NCBI GenBank assembly: GCA_031285625.1
Contig: JAITVV010000095.1
Span: forward strand, 96,001-160,000
Source of the DNA: Prevotella sp.
GTDB taxonomy: Bacteria > Bacteroidota > Bacteroidia > Bacteroidales > Dysgonomonadaceae
DNA length: 64,000 nt
Reading direction: 5' to 3'
Under the pieces are notes generated by a model, which did not search any database, was not told where the DNA came from, and saw nothing but the letters and a program-made list of their open reading frames with translations. Below are positions 32,241 to 42,746 of the stretch, piece by piece; position 1 is the first letter of the stretch, and each line of letters opens with the position of its first letter. A program made the translations under genes and the position numbers.

Positions 32241-32384
32241 ATTGTGTATTTGTTATAATTACTCAATTTTTCAAGCTTTACAAAGATAAAAAATTGTACT
32301 TGATAAAGCGAATTGTCTGTAATAACAACGTTAAAAAGATAAGAATTGTTTACCTTTTTTCACTTTCATTGAGGAGTAGTTAAT

Positions 32385-32428
32385 ATCACTATAAGAAAGA
32401 GGGAGACTGCCCTTTTTCTTATAGTGAT
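32385..32428. terminator. Long hairpin, probable terminator of the YD-repeat lipoprotein gene
   Basis: atcactataagaaagaggg / ccctttttcttatagtgat near-perfect stem. Confidence 0.65.
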
Positions 32429-32462
32429 CGCTCTTTTATTTTAGAGCTTCCCTGGCAAAACT

Positions 32463-33617
32463 TTACTCATAGTATATAAAATGCCGTTCTACATAAGGGC
32501 GGATAATCTGAACTAATCCGCTGGGACGCCCCATACCAAGCTGTACAAAGTCTTCAAACTTCTTAATCTCTGTCCAATTGCCGCAATGATCATATTTATA
32601 TTTATCAATATCTTCTTCTATAATTTCAAATCCTGGGAAAGCTTCCTTGTTTACAATTAATGTTCCCTTTGTATCATATTCTTCCACTACTTTAGAGTTC
32701 TTTAGCACATAATGCAGAGTTGAATCCGGATAATATCGATATTCATATTCAGCTATCAGCTCAGAATTACCTTCCTTGTCCACCTCATATTTCGAAGACA
32801 AGCGTCCCTCATTATTGTATTGATAAGTATAATGGCATTCAGGAATTTTCTCACTAACCCATATTTGGTATGTTTTTTCATCAACGAGCAGATCTTTATC
32901 ATTATATGTATAAATGTATCTTCTATATAAATCTACTTTATTATAGTATTCCCGTTTCTCTGTCAGCAGATTTTTATTATTATAATCATACTCGGTTAAG
33001 GCAAAAGCATGTGCCTCACTCTTGGCAAGTAATTCTGTTCTTACAAGGTTCCCTTTTTTATCATATGTATGTATGCCTCCTGATCCGGTTCTACGCTCCA
33101 GATATTTAAGTAGTCTGCCATCCTCATCATAAGTATTCAGACCTCTCTCCTCCACTCTGCCATCCCCATACCGGCAAACCTCGTCCAGGAGTTGACCATA
33201 CTTATTATATTTATATGTGATTATTTGTAACTCATCAGGATTAGTGGCCGGAATCATTTCTGTTCGTGCATGCCCCCAGTCTCCATACTCATAATCTACT
33301 TTACAAATTAAGACGCGATCGGTAGTGTACTGGTTTTGTTGCAATAAATTCCCATTTATATCAAAAACCAGCTGCAAATGATGTATCCCCTCATAATCAG
33401 ATTTATCTCCTTTTTTAAAACTGGGAGAAAATAAAGAAGTTTCCGATTTGACACTAAAATAATAGATATCCATTGTTTTCACCTTACCCTTTAGCCCCCA
33501 GTTATTTTTATCATTTGATATAGTGTCCTCTGGTTGTGGCACATAAGTTTCTGTAGTACTCTTATTACCACATCCTGATAAGAAAACAATGCAGGCTACA
33601 ATAATGAAATATCTCAT
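32463..33617 (-). CDS. Lipoprotein with YD/RHS-like repeats
   Basis: Lipobox LSGC; GLKGKVK motif; repeated YxYD/NxxGxL units; YDHCGNW near the C-terminus. Confidence 0.7.
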   Translation of the reverse strand: MRYFIIVACIVFLSGCGNKSTTETYVPQPEDTISNDKNNWGLKGKVKTMDIYYFSVKSETSLFSPSFKKGDKSDYEGIHHLQLVFDINGNLLQQNQYTTDRVLICKVDYEYGDWGHARTEMIPATNPDELQIITYKYNKYGQLLDEVCRYGDGRVEERGLNTYDEDGRLLKYLERRTGSGGIHTYDKKGNLVRTELLAKSEAHAFALTEYDYNNKNLLTEKREYYNKVDLYRRYIYTYNDKDLLVDEKTYQIWVSEKIPECHYTYQYNNEGRLSSKYEVDKEGNSELIAEYEYRYYPDSTLHYVLKNSKVVEEYDTKGTLIVNKEAFPGFEIIEEDIDKYKYDHCGNWTEIKKFEDFVQLGMGRPSGLVQIIRPYVERHFIYYE

Positions 33618-33681
33618 ATTATGAATAGTTCTGTATATAATTTAAAGGAAGGATAAAGATAAAAAATTTATTTTCAATCTT

Positions 33682-33697
33682 TGGCAAGCCTTTTGTT
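33682..33697 (+). promoter_or_regulatory. Candidate sigma54-like (-24/-12) promoter of grpE-dnaJ
   Basis: tggcaagccttttgtt; the same pattern occurs before lon. Confidence 0.5.
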
Positions 33698-33794
33698 GCA
33701 TAATATTCAACAAAGAGTTACAAAGGGTAGATCATCAAGGTAGATTTATTCCAAATTCTTTTGCTATCAACTGATAATAAAATAAATATAAGAT

Positions 33795-34349
33795 ATGAAA
33801 GAGGAATTTTCTGAAAAGGATTTTGACAAAGGAGAGTTTACTGACCCGGATAATCTGACAAATAATCAGACAGAAGAGACAGCCGAAACCGAATTAAATG
33901 ACAATGTGACCGATTGGGAAGCAAAATACGGTGAGATCAATGATTCTTATCTGCGATTGAATGCTGAATTTGACAATTACCGCAAACGCACATTGAAAGA
34001 AAAAGCTGAATTGCTAAAATCTGGAAGTGAAAGGGTTCTGATAGATATAATATCTGTAGTGGATGATTTTGAACGTGCACTGGAAAACATTACCAAAACA
34101 GAAGATATAGAAGCCGTAAAAGAGGGTGTGGACCTGATTTATATCAAGTTCAAAAATTTCCTTACCAAACATGGTGTAAAAGAAATTGAAACAATAGGCC
34201 ATCCTTTCGATACAGACAGGCATGAAGCTATAACAACCATACCTGCCCAATCAGAAGAAGATAAAGACAAAATCGTGGACAGTGTACAAAAAGGATATAC
34301 ACTTGATGATAAAGTGATTCGTTATCCAAAAGTAATTGTTGCAAAATAA
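33795..34349 (+). CDS. grpE: Nucleotide exchange factor GrpE
   Basis: AEFDNYRKR, DDFERAL, FDTDRHEA, QKGY...VIR. Confidence 0.96.
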   Translation: MKEEFSEKDFDKGEFTDPDNLTNNQTEETAETELNDNVTDWEAKYGEINDSYLRLNAEFDNYRKRTLKEKAELLKSGSERVLIDIISVVDDFERALENITKTEDIEAVKEGVDLIYIKFKNFLTKHGVKEIETIGHPFDTDRHEAITTIPAQSEEDKDKIVDSVQKGYTLDDKVIRYPKVIVAK

Positions 34350-34367
34350 TAAAAACAGAAGATATTA

Positions 34368-35507
34368 ATGGCAACCAAACGAGACTACTACGAAGTGCTG
34401 GAAGTAAGCAAAACGGCAACTTTTGAGGAAATAAAGAAGGCATATCGTAAAAAGGCAATTCAATACCATCCTGACAAAAATCCGGACGATAAAGAATCGG
34501 AAGAAAAATTTAAAGAGGCCGCAGAAGCTTACGAGATATTAAGCGATGAGCAAAAGCGTGCAAAATATGACAGGTACGGACATGAAGCACCTGGCGGATT
34601 TGGTGGGTCTGCAGGAGGATTCTCCATGGATGATATATTCTCTCAGTTTGGAGATATATTCGGTGGACATTTTGGCGGCGGATTCGGTAGCTTTGGAGGA
34701 CAACGCGGGCCCAGACAAAACAGGGGTTCAGATCTGCGTGTCAAGGTTAAGTTGACATTAAAAGATATCGCCGCAGGTGTAGAGAAAAAAATAAAAGTTA
34801 ACAAATTTGTTTCCTGTACGCACTGTAAGGGTACGGGAGCAGATAACGGAACAGCATACGAGACCTGCTCTACCTGTAAAGGTTCAGGTGTAGTTACCCG
34901 TGTAATGAATACCATTCTGGGACAGATGCAAACACAATCTGCCTGTCCGACTTGTAATGGTGAAGGAAAAACCATAACAAAGAAATGTTCTCACTGTGCA
35001 GGTGAAGGTATTGTTCGCGAAGAAGAAGTAATCGCAATTAATATACCTGCCGGAGTTGCCGAAGGTATGCAACTTTCGATGAGTGGAAAAGGTAACGCTG
35101 CACGTCATGGAGGAATAAACGGTGACTTACTTATTGTAGTAGAAGAGGAACCACATCCGGAATTATTCAGAGACGATAATGATGTTGTATACAATCTTCT
35201 GTTAAGCGTATCCACTGCTGCTCTGGGAGGAAATGTAGTTGTACCGACAATAGACGGCAAGGTGAAAGTTTCCATAGAGCCGGGAACCCAGCCGGGAAAA
35301 GTGTTACGTCTAAAGAACAAAGGTTTGCCAAGTATCAACAGATATGGTACAGGAGACCTCCTTATCAATATAAGTGTCTACATTCCTGAGAATCTGAGTG
35401 ACAGTGAAAAAGAAACATTAACCGGGCTGGAAAATTCTCCGAATTTCCAACCTAGCAAATCAATTAAAGAAAAGATATTTGCTCATTTCCGGAAAATGTT
35501 TGACTAA
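34368..35507 (+). CDS. dnaJ: Chaperone DnaJ
   Basis: J-domain HPD, G/F region, four CxxCxGxG motifs. Confidence 0.97.
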   Translation: MATKRDYYEVLEVSKTATFEEIKKAYRKKAIQYHPDKNPDDKESEEKFKEAAEAYEILSDEQKRAKYDRYGHEAPGGFGGSAGGFSMDDIFSQFGDIFGGHFGGGFGSFGGQRGPRQNRGSDLRVKVKLTLKDIAAGVEKKIKVNKFVSCTHCKGTGADNGTAYETCSTCKGSGVVTRVMNTILGQMQTQSACPTCNGEGKTITKKCSHCAGEGIVREEEVIAINIPAGVAEGMQLSMSGKGNAARHGGINGDLLIVVEEEPHPELFRDDNDVVYNLLLSVSTAALGGNVVVPTIDGKVKVSIEPGTQPGKVLRLKNKGLPSINRYGTGDLLINISVYIPENLSDSEKETLTGLENSPNFQPSKSIKEKIFAHFRKMFD

Positions 35508-35530
35508 TGTTTTTGCAAAAAATATAGAAT

Positions 35531-35709
35531 AGGTTGTCTCAAAAGTAAGGTAACACTATCAAAGTCTTACTCTCTTTGTCATTGGCCCCACTTCGCTCTG
35601 CCGAACGTTGTTTCTGAATGCAATGAAGAATCCCGACCCTTCGGACACGAGATGTTTCACTCCGTTCAACATGACAAAGAGATGGTGGAAATATTTTCGA
35701 GACAAACCT
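35531..35709. mobile_element. Nested palindromic MITE/REP-like element, copy 1 (with 30-bp insertion)
   Basis: Outer IR aggttgtctcaaaa / ttttcgagacaaacct; inner IR ctctttgtcat / atgacaaagag; reverse-complement match to 43593-43741. Confidence 0.75.
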
Positions 35710-35774
35710 TTTAGTTATAAATCATCTGATCTTCGCCTTAAAATTCTATCTTTGAGATAATAAACTCAAGGAAT

Positions 35775-36869
35775 ATGAAAATAAAAGAGATACTACATAT
35801 TATAGAACAAATAGCCCCTCTTCCTTTGCAAGAACAATGGGATAATTGCGGTGTGCAGATAGGCGATATCACTCAGGAAGCCAAAGGAGCTATTGTATGT
35901 ATCGATGTTACCGAAGCAGTAGTAGATGAAGCCATTGCTATGGGATGCAACCTTATTATATCGCATCATCCGTTAGCTTTTCATAGCTTCAAGTCGCTCA
36001 CCGGGAAAAACTATATAGAGCGCTGTATGATAAAAGCCTGTAAACACGATATTGTAGTATATGCAGCACATACCAATCTCGACAATGCATCGGAAGGTAT
36101 AAATAATTATCTGGCAGATATGCTCAACCTCCAGCATGTAAGGATACTCGACCCACAAAAAGGAAAACTGCTTAAACTTGTTACATTTGTTCCTCATACA
36201 CATGCCGAACTCGTACGCAATACTCTATTTAGCGTAGGAGCAGGCAGTATCGGCAACTATGATTCGTGCAGTTACAATATATCAGGGGAGGGCACATTCA
36301 GAGCAGGAGATAATACTAATCCGTATGTAGGTGAAACAGGAGAACTACATACCGAGCCCGAAACACGTATCGAAGTAATACTCCCTATATATAAACAATC
36401 GGATGTACGTCGTGCTTTGATAGCTGTACACCCTTACGAAGAACCAGCTTACGATTTCTATTTACTCGAAAATACCTGGGCTAAAGCCGGAAGTGGCATA
36501 GTAGGCACTTTACCGGAAGAAATGGAAGAAGAAGACTTCCTTTATTTATTAAAAGATACTTTCCACCTGAACACCATCCAACATTCGGCACTCAGAGGAA
36601 AAGCAGTAAGAGATGTTGCAATATGCAGCGGTGCCGGGGCCTTTCTCATACCTAAAGCGATATCATACAGTGCAGACGTATTTATAACGGGTGAAGCCAA
36701 ATATAATGACTTTTATGATGTAGAAAACAAAATTCTACTCACAGTAGTAGGTCATTATGAATCTGAAATATTCACAAAGAATATATTTTTCGATATTATT
36801 TCAAAAAAATATCCTACCTTTGCGGTCTATATGTCAGGATTTGATGTGAATCCTGTAAACTATTTGTAA
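35775..36869 (+). CDS. Nif3-like dinuclear metal protein (YbgI/YqfO type with PII-like insert)
   Basis: WDNCG, SHHP, HTNLD, GNYDSC, HPYEEPAYD, GHYESE. Confidence 0.92.
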   Translation: MKIKEILHIIEQIAPLPLQEQWDNCGVQIGDITQEAKGAIVCIDVTEAVVDEAIAMGCNLIISHHPLAFHSFKSLTGKNYIERCMIKACKHDIVVYAAHTNLDNASEGINNYLADMLNLQHVRILDPQKGKLLKLVTFVPHTHAELVRNTLFSVGAGSIGNYDSCSYNISGEGTFRAGDNTNPYVGETGELHTEPETRIEVILPIYKQSDVRRALIAVHPYEEPAYDFYLLENTWAKAGSGIVGTLPEEMEEEDFLYLLKDTFHLNTIQHSALRGKAVRDVAICSGAGAFLIPKAISYSADVFITGEAKYNDFYDVENKILLTVVGHYESEIFTKNIFFDIISKKYPTFAVYMSGFDVNPVNYL

Positions 36870-36986
36870 TCAAGTGGTGATATACTCCCTCTAATTACGG
36901 ATGTAGTAAGAAGATAGTTGATACTATTTGATTACTGCATTTTTTTATAAATAACAATCTAAACAATCTATTTAATAAAAATTCTT

Positions 36987-37739
36987 ATGGCTAAGAAACA
37001 GGAAAAAGAAATTACTGTAGAGGAAAAGCTAAAAACACTTTATGCCCTGCAACAGAAATTATCTGAAATAGATAATATTAAAATATTACGTGGGGAGCTT
37101 CCTCTTGAGGTAGCTGACCTTGAAGATGAGATCATCGGTTTGGAAACCCGTATCAAAAAATACGAAACTGAGCTGAAAGAAGCTGATACTACTGTATCTA
37201 ATCAAAAACAAAAAGCGAAAGACAGCGAATTAAAGATTGCGAAATATAAAGAGCAGCTTGACAATGTTCGTAACAATCGCGAATTTGACCACCTTAGTAA
37301 AGAAATCGAGTTCGAAACTTTAGAAATCGAATTATCAGATAAACGCGCCCGTGAATTTACACAAGACTCTAAGAACCTGACAGAACAGATCGAAAAAAGC
37401 AAAACTTTCCTGGAAGAACGTTCTGCAGACCTGGCTCAGAAAAAAGAAGAACTGGATGGCATTGTTTCTGAAACGAAACAGCAGGAAGAGCAACTTCGCG
37501 AAGATGTAAAAAATATAGAAGCAGAAGTTGAGCCTCGTCTTTTGACAGCATTCAAAAGAATCCGTAAAAGCGCACGCAACGGTCTGGCCGTAGTCATGAT
37601 CGAACGTGGTGCATGTGGAGGTTGTTTCAATAAAATCCCACCACAAAAACAAATGGATATCAAGATTGGTAAGAAAATCATTGTTTGCGAATATTGCGGA
37701 CGTATCATGATAGATCCTGAACTTATAGGAGCGCAATAA
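36987..37739 (+). CDS. Coiled-coil protein with C4 zinc ribbon (DUF164 family)
   Basis: RGELPLEV, long coiled coil, CGGC...CEYCGRI. Confidence 0.88.
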   Translation: MAKKQEKEITVEEKLKTLYALQQKLSEIDNIKILRGELPLEVADLEDEIIGLETRIKKYETELKEADTTVSNQKQKAKDSELKIAKYKEQLDNVRNNREFDHLSKEIEFETLEIELSDKRAREFTQDSKNLTEQIEKSKTFLEERSADLAQKKEELDGIVSETKQQEEQLREDVKNIEAEVEPRLLTAFKRIRKSARNGLAVVMIERGACGGCFNKIPPQKQMDIKIGKKIIVCEYCGRIMIDPELIGAQ

Positions 37740-37767
37740 TCCTGATCAAAATAAACTCCATTATAGC

Positions 37768-37807
37768 TAATCGGAAAGGTTAAAAACGATCTTTCCGATT
37801 ATTTTTT
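37768..37807 (+). terminator. Intrinsic terminator
   Basis: taatcggaaag / ctttccgatta plus T-run. Confidence 0.72.
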
Positions 37808-37860
37808 GTACTTTTCTGTAAACTTTATTTTATCTATTTTGTTATCCTTTAAATTCACCG

Positions 37861-37946
37861 AAAAATAAAATGGAAAACTTTTTCTATTTCATAAAAATTT
37901 AAATATCACATTTTCAATTAATTAAAAAATAAAATGGAAAACTTTT
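37861..37946 (+). repeat. 22-bp exact direct repeat pair upstream of nrdJ
   Basis: aaaaataaaatggaaaactttt at 37861-37882 and 37925-37946. Confidence 0.75.
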
Positions 37947-38064
37947 ACTTTTGTTGATAAAATTTTATTGTAAAATTTGCTTGATCTATACATATTGACT
38001 AATATTGTACTAGGAACAGACACACATCTTACAGAAGAATTAAATATCTAAAATATAAGAACAA

Positions 38065-40608
38065 ATGACACAGAAGGTTTACACTTTTGATGAGGCATAT
38101 ACCGCCGCATTAGACTACTTTAACGGCGATGAACTTGCCGCCAAAGTATGGGTAAATAAGTATGCACTAAAAGACGCAACCGGTAATATCTATGAACAAT
38201 CGCCCGAAGATATGCACTGGCGTTTAGCCAACGAAATAGGCCGTATAGAAGCCAAATACAAAAACGGGCTTACGAGTAAAGAATTATATGATCTTTTCGA
38301 TCATTTCAAATATATCGTGCCTCAAGGCAGCCCTATGACGGGTATCGGAAATAATTTTCAGGTAGCGTCATTATCCAATTGCTTTGTAATAGGAATGGAT
38401 GGCCCATCAGACTCTTACGGCGCTATCATCCGTGTTGACGAAGAACAAGTACAGCTTATGAAACGCCGTGGAGGAGTAGGACATGACTTGTCTCACATCC
38501 GCCCGAAAGGCTCTCCTGTTAAAAATTCAGCCCTTACTTCTACCGGACTGGTTCCTTTTATGGAAAGATATTCTAATTCAACCCGCGAAGTTGCCCAGGA
38601 TGGCCGTCGTGGTGCATTAATGTTAAGTGTATCTGTAAAACATCCCGACTCGGAATCGTTCATCGATGCCAAAATGATAGAAGGCAAAGTTACCGGAGCC
38701 AATGTTTCGGTAAGGATAGACGATGCCTTTATGCAAGCCGTTGTAGACGGAACACCATATACTCAGCAATACCCTATCGATTCCGATAATCCGACTACCG
38801 TAAGAGAAACCGATGCTACCGACTTATGGAAAAAAATCGTTCATAATGCATGGAAATCAGCAGAGCCAGGAGTATTGTTCTGGGATACTATCATACGGGA
38901 ATCTGTGCCAGACTGTTATGCCGATCTCGGTTTTAAAACGATATCTACAAATCCATGCGGCGAAATTCCGCTTTGCCCATACGACAGTTGCCGACTATTG
39001 GCAATCAACTTATATTCTTATGTGATAAATCCATTCAAAGAAGATGCATACTTTGATTTCGAACTCTTCAAAAAACATGTTGCATTAGCTCAACGAATAA
39101 TGGATGACATCATCGATCTGGAAACAGAAAAGATCGATAAGATTCTACAAAAGATAAATGATGACCCTGAAACAGAAGAAGTAAAATGGCCGGAAAGACA
39201 CCTATGGGAAAAGATCCGCACCAAAACACTTCAAGGCCGCCGTACAGGAGTAGGCATCACTGCCGAAGGGGATATGATAGCTGCGATGGGCCTTCGCTAT
39301 GGTACAGAAGAAGCTACAGCATTAGCAGAAGAAGTACATCGTACACTTGCTATTGCTGCCTACCGCTCATCTGTAGAGATGGCCAAAGAACGTGGGGCTT
39401 TTGAAGTATTTGATTTCAAACGTGAAAAGAATAATCCTTTCATCAATCGCCTGGCAGAAGTTGATCCTCAGCTATACAAAGACATGGAGAAATACGGCCG
39501 CCGCAATATAGCATGTCTTACTGTAGCACCGACAGGAACAACCAGCCTTATGACTCAGTCTACATCCGGTATAGAGCCGGTATTCCTGCCTGTATATAAA
39601 CGTCGCCGCAAGGTAAACCCTAATGATAAAGAAGTAAGGGTTGACTTTATAGATGAGAACGGAGACTCATGGGAAGAATATGTTGTATTCCACCATAAGT
39701 TTGTTACATGGATGGAGAGTAAAGGATATCCTACAGCAAAGAGATATACAAATGAAGAAATAGATGCAATGGTAGCTGAATCACCTTATTACAAAGCCAC
39801 ATCAAACGATGTAGATTGGCTGCAAAAGGTGAAAATGCAGGGACGCATCCAAAAATGGGTGGATCACTCTATCAGTGTCACAATCAATCTTCCGGCTGAT
39901 GTTTCTGAAGATCTTGTAAATCAACTCTATATAGAGGCATGGAAGAGCGGATGTAAAGGATGTACCGTTTATCGTGACGGATCACGCGCAGGGGTTCTTA
40001 TAGCCAACGATAGCAAAAAAGAAGACGAAGAATGCGGAGACTGCTATGAACGTCCTCAAATAGTAATGGAACGTCCACGCGAGTTAGTAGCAGATGTAAT
40101 CAAATTCCAAAATAACAAAGAAAAATGGATCGCATTTATCGGCTTACTGGACGGACGTCCGTATGAAATCTTTACCGGACTATCCGACGATGATGAAGGT
40201 CTTGTATTGCCTAAGAACGTAAACCATGGAACGATCATAAAAACGATGAACGACGAAGGCCAGCGTTCTTATGACTTCCAGTTTAAAAATAAGAGAGGCT
40301 ATAAAACAACTATTGAAGGCCTGAATGGTAAATTCAACCCTGAATTCTGGAACTATGCCAAGCTTATATCAGGAGTACTTCGCTACGGAATGCCTATCGA
40401 TCAGGTTGTAAAACTCGTACAGGGACTGGAACTAAATAGCGAAACGATCAATACATGGAAAAATGGTGTTGAACGCGCCTTGAAAAAATACCTGCCTAAC
40501 GAGACGGAAGCAAAAGGGCAAAAATGCCCTGTGTGCGGACTGGAAACATTGATATATCAGGAAGGCTGTATGAAATGTACAAACTGTGGTGCATCGAAAT
40601 GTGGATAA
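38065..40608 (+). CDS. nrdJ: Adenosylcobalamin-dependent (class II) ribonucleotide reductase
   Basis: SNCFV, GRRGALM, TNPCGE, APTGT, DHSISVTIN, GCKGCTVYRDGSR, C-terminal CPVC...CTNCG; no small subunit nearby. Confidence 0.92.
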   Translation: MTQKVYTFDEAYTAALDYFNGDELAAKVWVNKYALKDATGNIYEQSPEDMHWRLANEIGRIEAKYKNGLTSKELYDLFDHFKYIVPQGSPMTGIGNNFQVASLSNCFVIGMDGPSDSYGAIIRVDEEQVQLMKRRGGVGHDLSHIRPKGSPVKNSALTSTGLVPFMERYSNSTREVAQDGRRGALMLSVSVKHPDSESFIDAKMIEGKVTGANVSVRIDDAFMQAVVDGTPYTQQYPIDSDNPTTVRETDATDLWKKIVHNAWKSAEPGVLFWDTIIRESVPDCYADLGFKTISTNPCGEIPLCPYDSCRLLAINLYSYVINPFKEDAYFDFELFKKHVALAQRIMDDIIDLETEKIDKILQKINDDPETEEVKWPERHLWEKIRTKTLQGRRTGVGITAEGDMIAAMGLRYGTEEATALAEEVHRTLAIAAYRSSVEMAKERGAFEVFDFKREKNNPFINRLAEVDPQLYKDMEKYGRRNIACLTVAPTGTTSLMTQSTSGIEPVFLPVYKRRRKVNPNDKEVRVDFIDENGDSWEEYVVFHHKFVTWMESKGYPTAKRYTNEEIDAMVAESPYYKATSNDVDWLQKVKMQGRIQKWVDHSISVTINLPADVSEDLVNQLYIEAWKSGCKGCTVYRDGSRAGVLIANDSKKEDEECGDCYERPQIVMERPRELVADVIKFQNNKEKWIAFIGLLDGRPYEIFTGLSDDDEGLVLPKNVNHGTIIKTMNDEGQRSYDFQFKNKRGYKTTIEGLNGKFNPEFWNYAKLISGVLRYGMPIDQVVKLVQGLELNSETINTWKNGVERALKKYLPNETEAKGQKCPVCGLETLIYQEGCMKCTNCGASKCG

Positions 40609-40630
40609 CAATAAAACCTTTATAACAGAG

Positions 40631-40667
40631 AAAGCAGCAGGTATTAAACTTGCTGCTTTTGTTTTTT
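40631..40667 (+). terminator. nrdJ terminator
   Basis: aaagcagca / tgctgcttt plus T-run. Confidence 0.72.
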
Positions 40668-40705
40668 ATAGTAATTTTGTGAGGATTAATTTATTTACTT
40701 CGTTA

Positions 40706-42082
40706 ATGAATACTCAGTCTGATATATTTGATAGAGGAATATGTTTCATACGTAAAGCGTATGATAAGACTGATACATTTCTTAACAAAGACAGCAAAGT
40801 AAAAAAATCAACCTGTTGGATTATTGTCACATTAATTTGCTTCTCCATACTATTATCACTGAATATTCTCACCCCTATCATTTCAGACGATTTTGCCTAC
40901 TTATATATTTACAATGAGGAAGGCCGTATTACATCCATTGGTGATATTATACAATCGCAGATAAACCATTACTATTTGTGGGGAGGTCGCAGTGTTGTCC
41001 ATTTCATAGCTCAGGTATTGCTCATGTTGCCTGCTTATATAGCCGACCTACTCAATACATTGATTTATTTTAGTTATATTTTTCTTATATATTTCCATAT
41101 CAAAGGAAAGGGAAAGAGTAGCCTGTCACTATTCATACTCATCAATCTTGCTATTTGGTTCCTTCAACCTGTATTCGGCGATACTATTCTTTGGATAACA
41201 GGCTCGGCAAATTATCTGTGGGGAACATGGCTTATACTCCTGTTTATACTTCCATACCGCTTATACGGAGGTAAACAAGCCGGTATTTCCATTCAGGCTA
41301 TATCATCTTTAGCGATGCTTATATTAGGAATTCTTGCAGGATGGACAAATGAGAATACAGCGGCAGCAATGCTATTGGTAACAATTCTATACATCGTTTA
41401 TTTCCGTTCACATAAGTGGCAGATACCCGTTTGGGCAGTCGCCGGAATCATAGGTGCAATCATAGGTTTTGCGATAATGATCCTGGCACCGGGCAACTAC
41501 ATGAGAGGTGGAGATTCGGTATCATTAGACATGTATACCTTTGGCTATCGTTTATTTACATGGACACTGACTTTCTTTATCTATTGTGGCCCTCTGTTTC
41601 TTATTAGCCTGATAACGTTAGTCATTTATAACCGTTTCCCGAACGGTGAGAAAAAAGATAACCTCAAACTGATCTTTATATACGGACTTGGAGTCATCGC
41701 AGCTATATATGCTATGTTACTGGCACCATCATTTCCACGCAGGGCATTATTCGGTGTTGTCACCTTCCTTATAATAGCAACAGGGATCAGTTTTTACAAT
41801 CTCGATTTCAGAAATAAATTCTTAAGGCAAATAAGACTAGTGGTTACAATAATAGCACTTACAGGATTTGTATTCACATTCTACCTGAATATAAAAGACA
41901 TTAATAATTACAGAAAAACGGTAGAAGCAAGAGAAGTCGAAATAGAAAAAGCAAAAGCCCAAGGACTGGAATCTTGTGAATTTGAAAGATATGTAGGGGG
42001 AACATATGTACACGGGGAAGATCCATACACAGAAGTACTCATGTCTCGCTACTATGGAATAAAGATAAAATTAAAAGATTGA
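40706..42082 (+). CDS. Polytopic membrane protein (DUF6056-like; possible GT-C modification enzyme)
   Basis: Likely start 40706, downstream of the terminator and a taattttg box at 40672; TPxxSDD, WGGR, WITGSANYLW, NEN, APGN. Confidence 0.7.
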   Translation: MNTQSDIFDRGICFIRKAYDKTDTFLNKDSKVKKSTCWIIVTLICFSILLSLNILTPIISDDFAYLYIYNEEGRITSIGDIIQSQINHYYLWGGRSVVHFIAQVLLMLPAYIADLLNTLIYFSYIFLIYFHIKGKGKSSLSLFILINLAIWFLQPVFGDTILWITGSANYLWGTWLILLFILPYRLYGGKQAGISIQAISSLAMLILGILAGWTNENTAAAMLLVTILYIVYFRSHKWQIPVWAVAGIIGAIIGFAIMILAPGNYMRGGDSVSLDMYTFGYRLFTWTLTFFIYCGPLFLISLITLVIYNRFPNGEKKDNLKLIFIYGLGVIAAIYAMLLAPSFPRRALFGVVTFLIIATGISFYNLDFRNKFLRQIRLVVTIIALTGFVFTFYLNIKDINNYRKTVEAREVEIEKAKAQGLESCEFERYVGGTYVHGEDPYTEVLMSRYYGIKIKLKD

Positions 42083-42098
42083 TCGTCTGCCTGATATC

Positions 42099-42746
42099 TT
42101 AGAAGAAATCTATACCCATCAGAGTTCCTGTTATAATACCGGCAACTCCCAACCCAATCAGCAATACACCTATTATTTTATTAAAAATCTGAAGTCCTCT
42201 CGGATTGAAACGCGTACGCAACTTATTCACAAAATATGTCACCAAAAGCCACCACAACATAGCTCCTATCCCAATAAAGAAGATGGAAATAAGATCGTAT
42301 CCAAAAGGCTTATCCGCATCGATAACGTTGAAACGGGCAAAAAGAGCGATATAAAGGAATAATGTAGCAATATTGGAGACGGTAAGAACCAGGGAGGAGA
42401 TAAAGACTTTCCATGAAGACATTGTGGTCTCTTTTAGTTTAGTCAGGTTTTTGGAAGGGTTTTTATTGAATACGAAATAGCCGAAAACAATAAGAACAAT
42501 ACTACCTACAACCTTCAACGGTCCCTCGTGCTGTTGAATAAATTCGGTACTGAAACCCAAACCCAGAGCAGCAATTATAGCTAATAAAGCAATTAGCATA
42601 TCACCCGCAGCAGCTCCTGCTCCGGTGACAAGTCCGTTTCTTTTCCCTTCATTTAATGTCCTCTGTATGCACAGCATCCCCACAGGCCCCATAGGCGCGG
42701 ATGACAGAAAACCAATAAATAACCCTTTTATAATGATATATACCAT
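42099..42746 (-). CDS. LysE-family exporter
   Basis: APMGPVGMLCIQRTL, G-GAAAGD, six TMs. Confidence 0.87.
   Translation of the reverse strand: MVYIIIKGLFIGFLSSAPMGPVGMLCIQRTLNEGKRNGLVTGAGAAAGDMLIALLAIIAALGLGFSTEFIQQHEGPLKVVGSIVLIVFGYFVFNKNPSKNLTKLKETTMSSWKVFISSLVLTVSNIATLFLYIALFARFNVIDADKPFGYDLISIFFIGIGAMLWWLLVTYFVNKLRTRFNPRGLQIFNKIIGVLLIGLGVAGIITGTLMGIDFF

Noticed and set aside
35531-35709. Repeat element as a CRISPR array or tRNA
   Set aside because: There is no repeat-spacer periodicity, no cas genes and no cloverleaf or T-loop consensus.
37981-38012. Possible NrdR boxes before nrdJ
   Set aside because: Only a weak AT-rich resemblance, with no convincing tandem pair.
38065-40608. Possible intein or intron in nrdJ
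   Set aside because: The ORF is continuous, of ordinary length, and shows no Hint or homing-endonuclease motifs.
40586-40705. Extended N-terminus of the DUF6056-like ORF overlapping nrdJ
   Set aside because: It spans the nrdJ terminator and a TAnnTTTG box, so ATG 40706 is the more plausible start. I shortened the starts of the second OmpH, SPOR, sialidase, wzx, panC and MATE genes on similar grounds.
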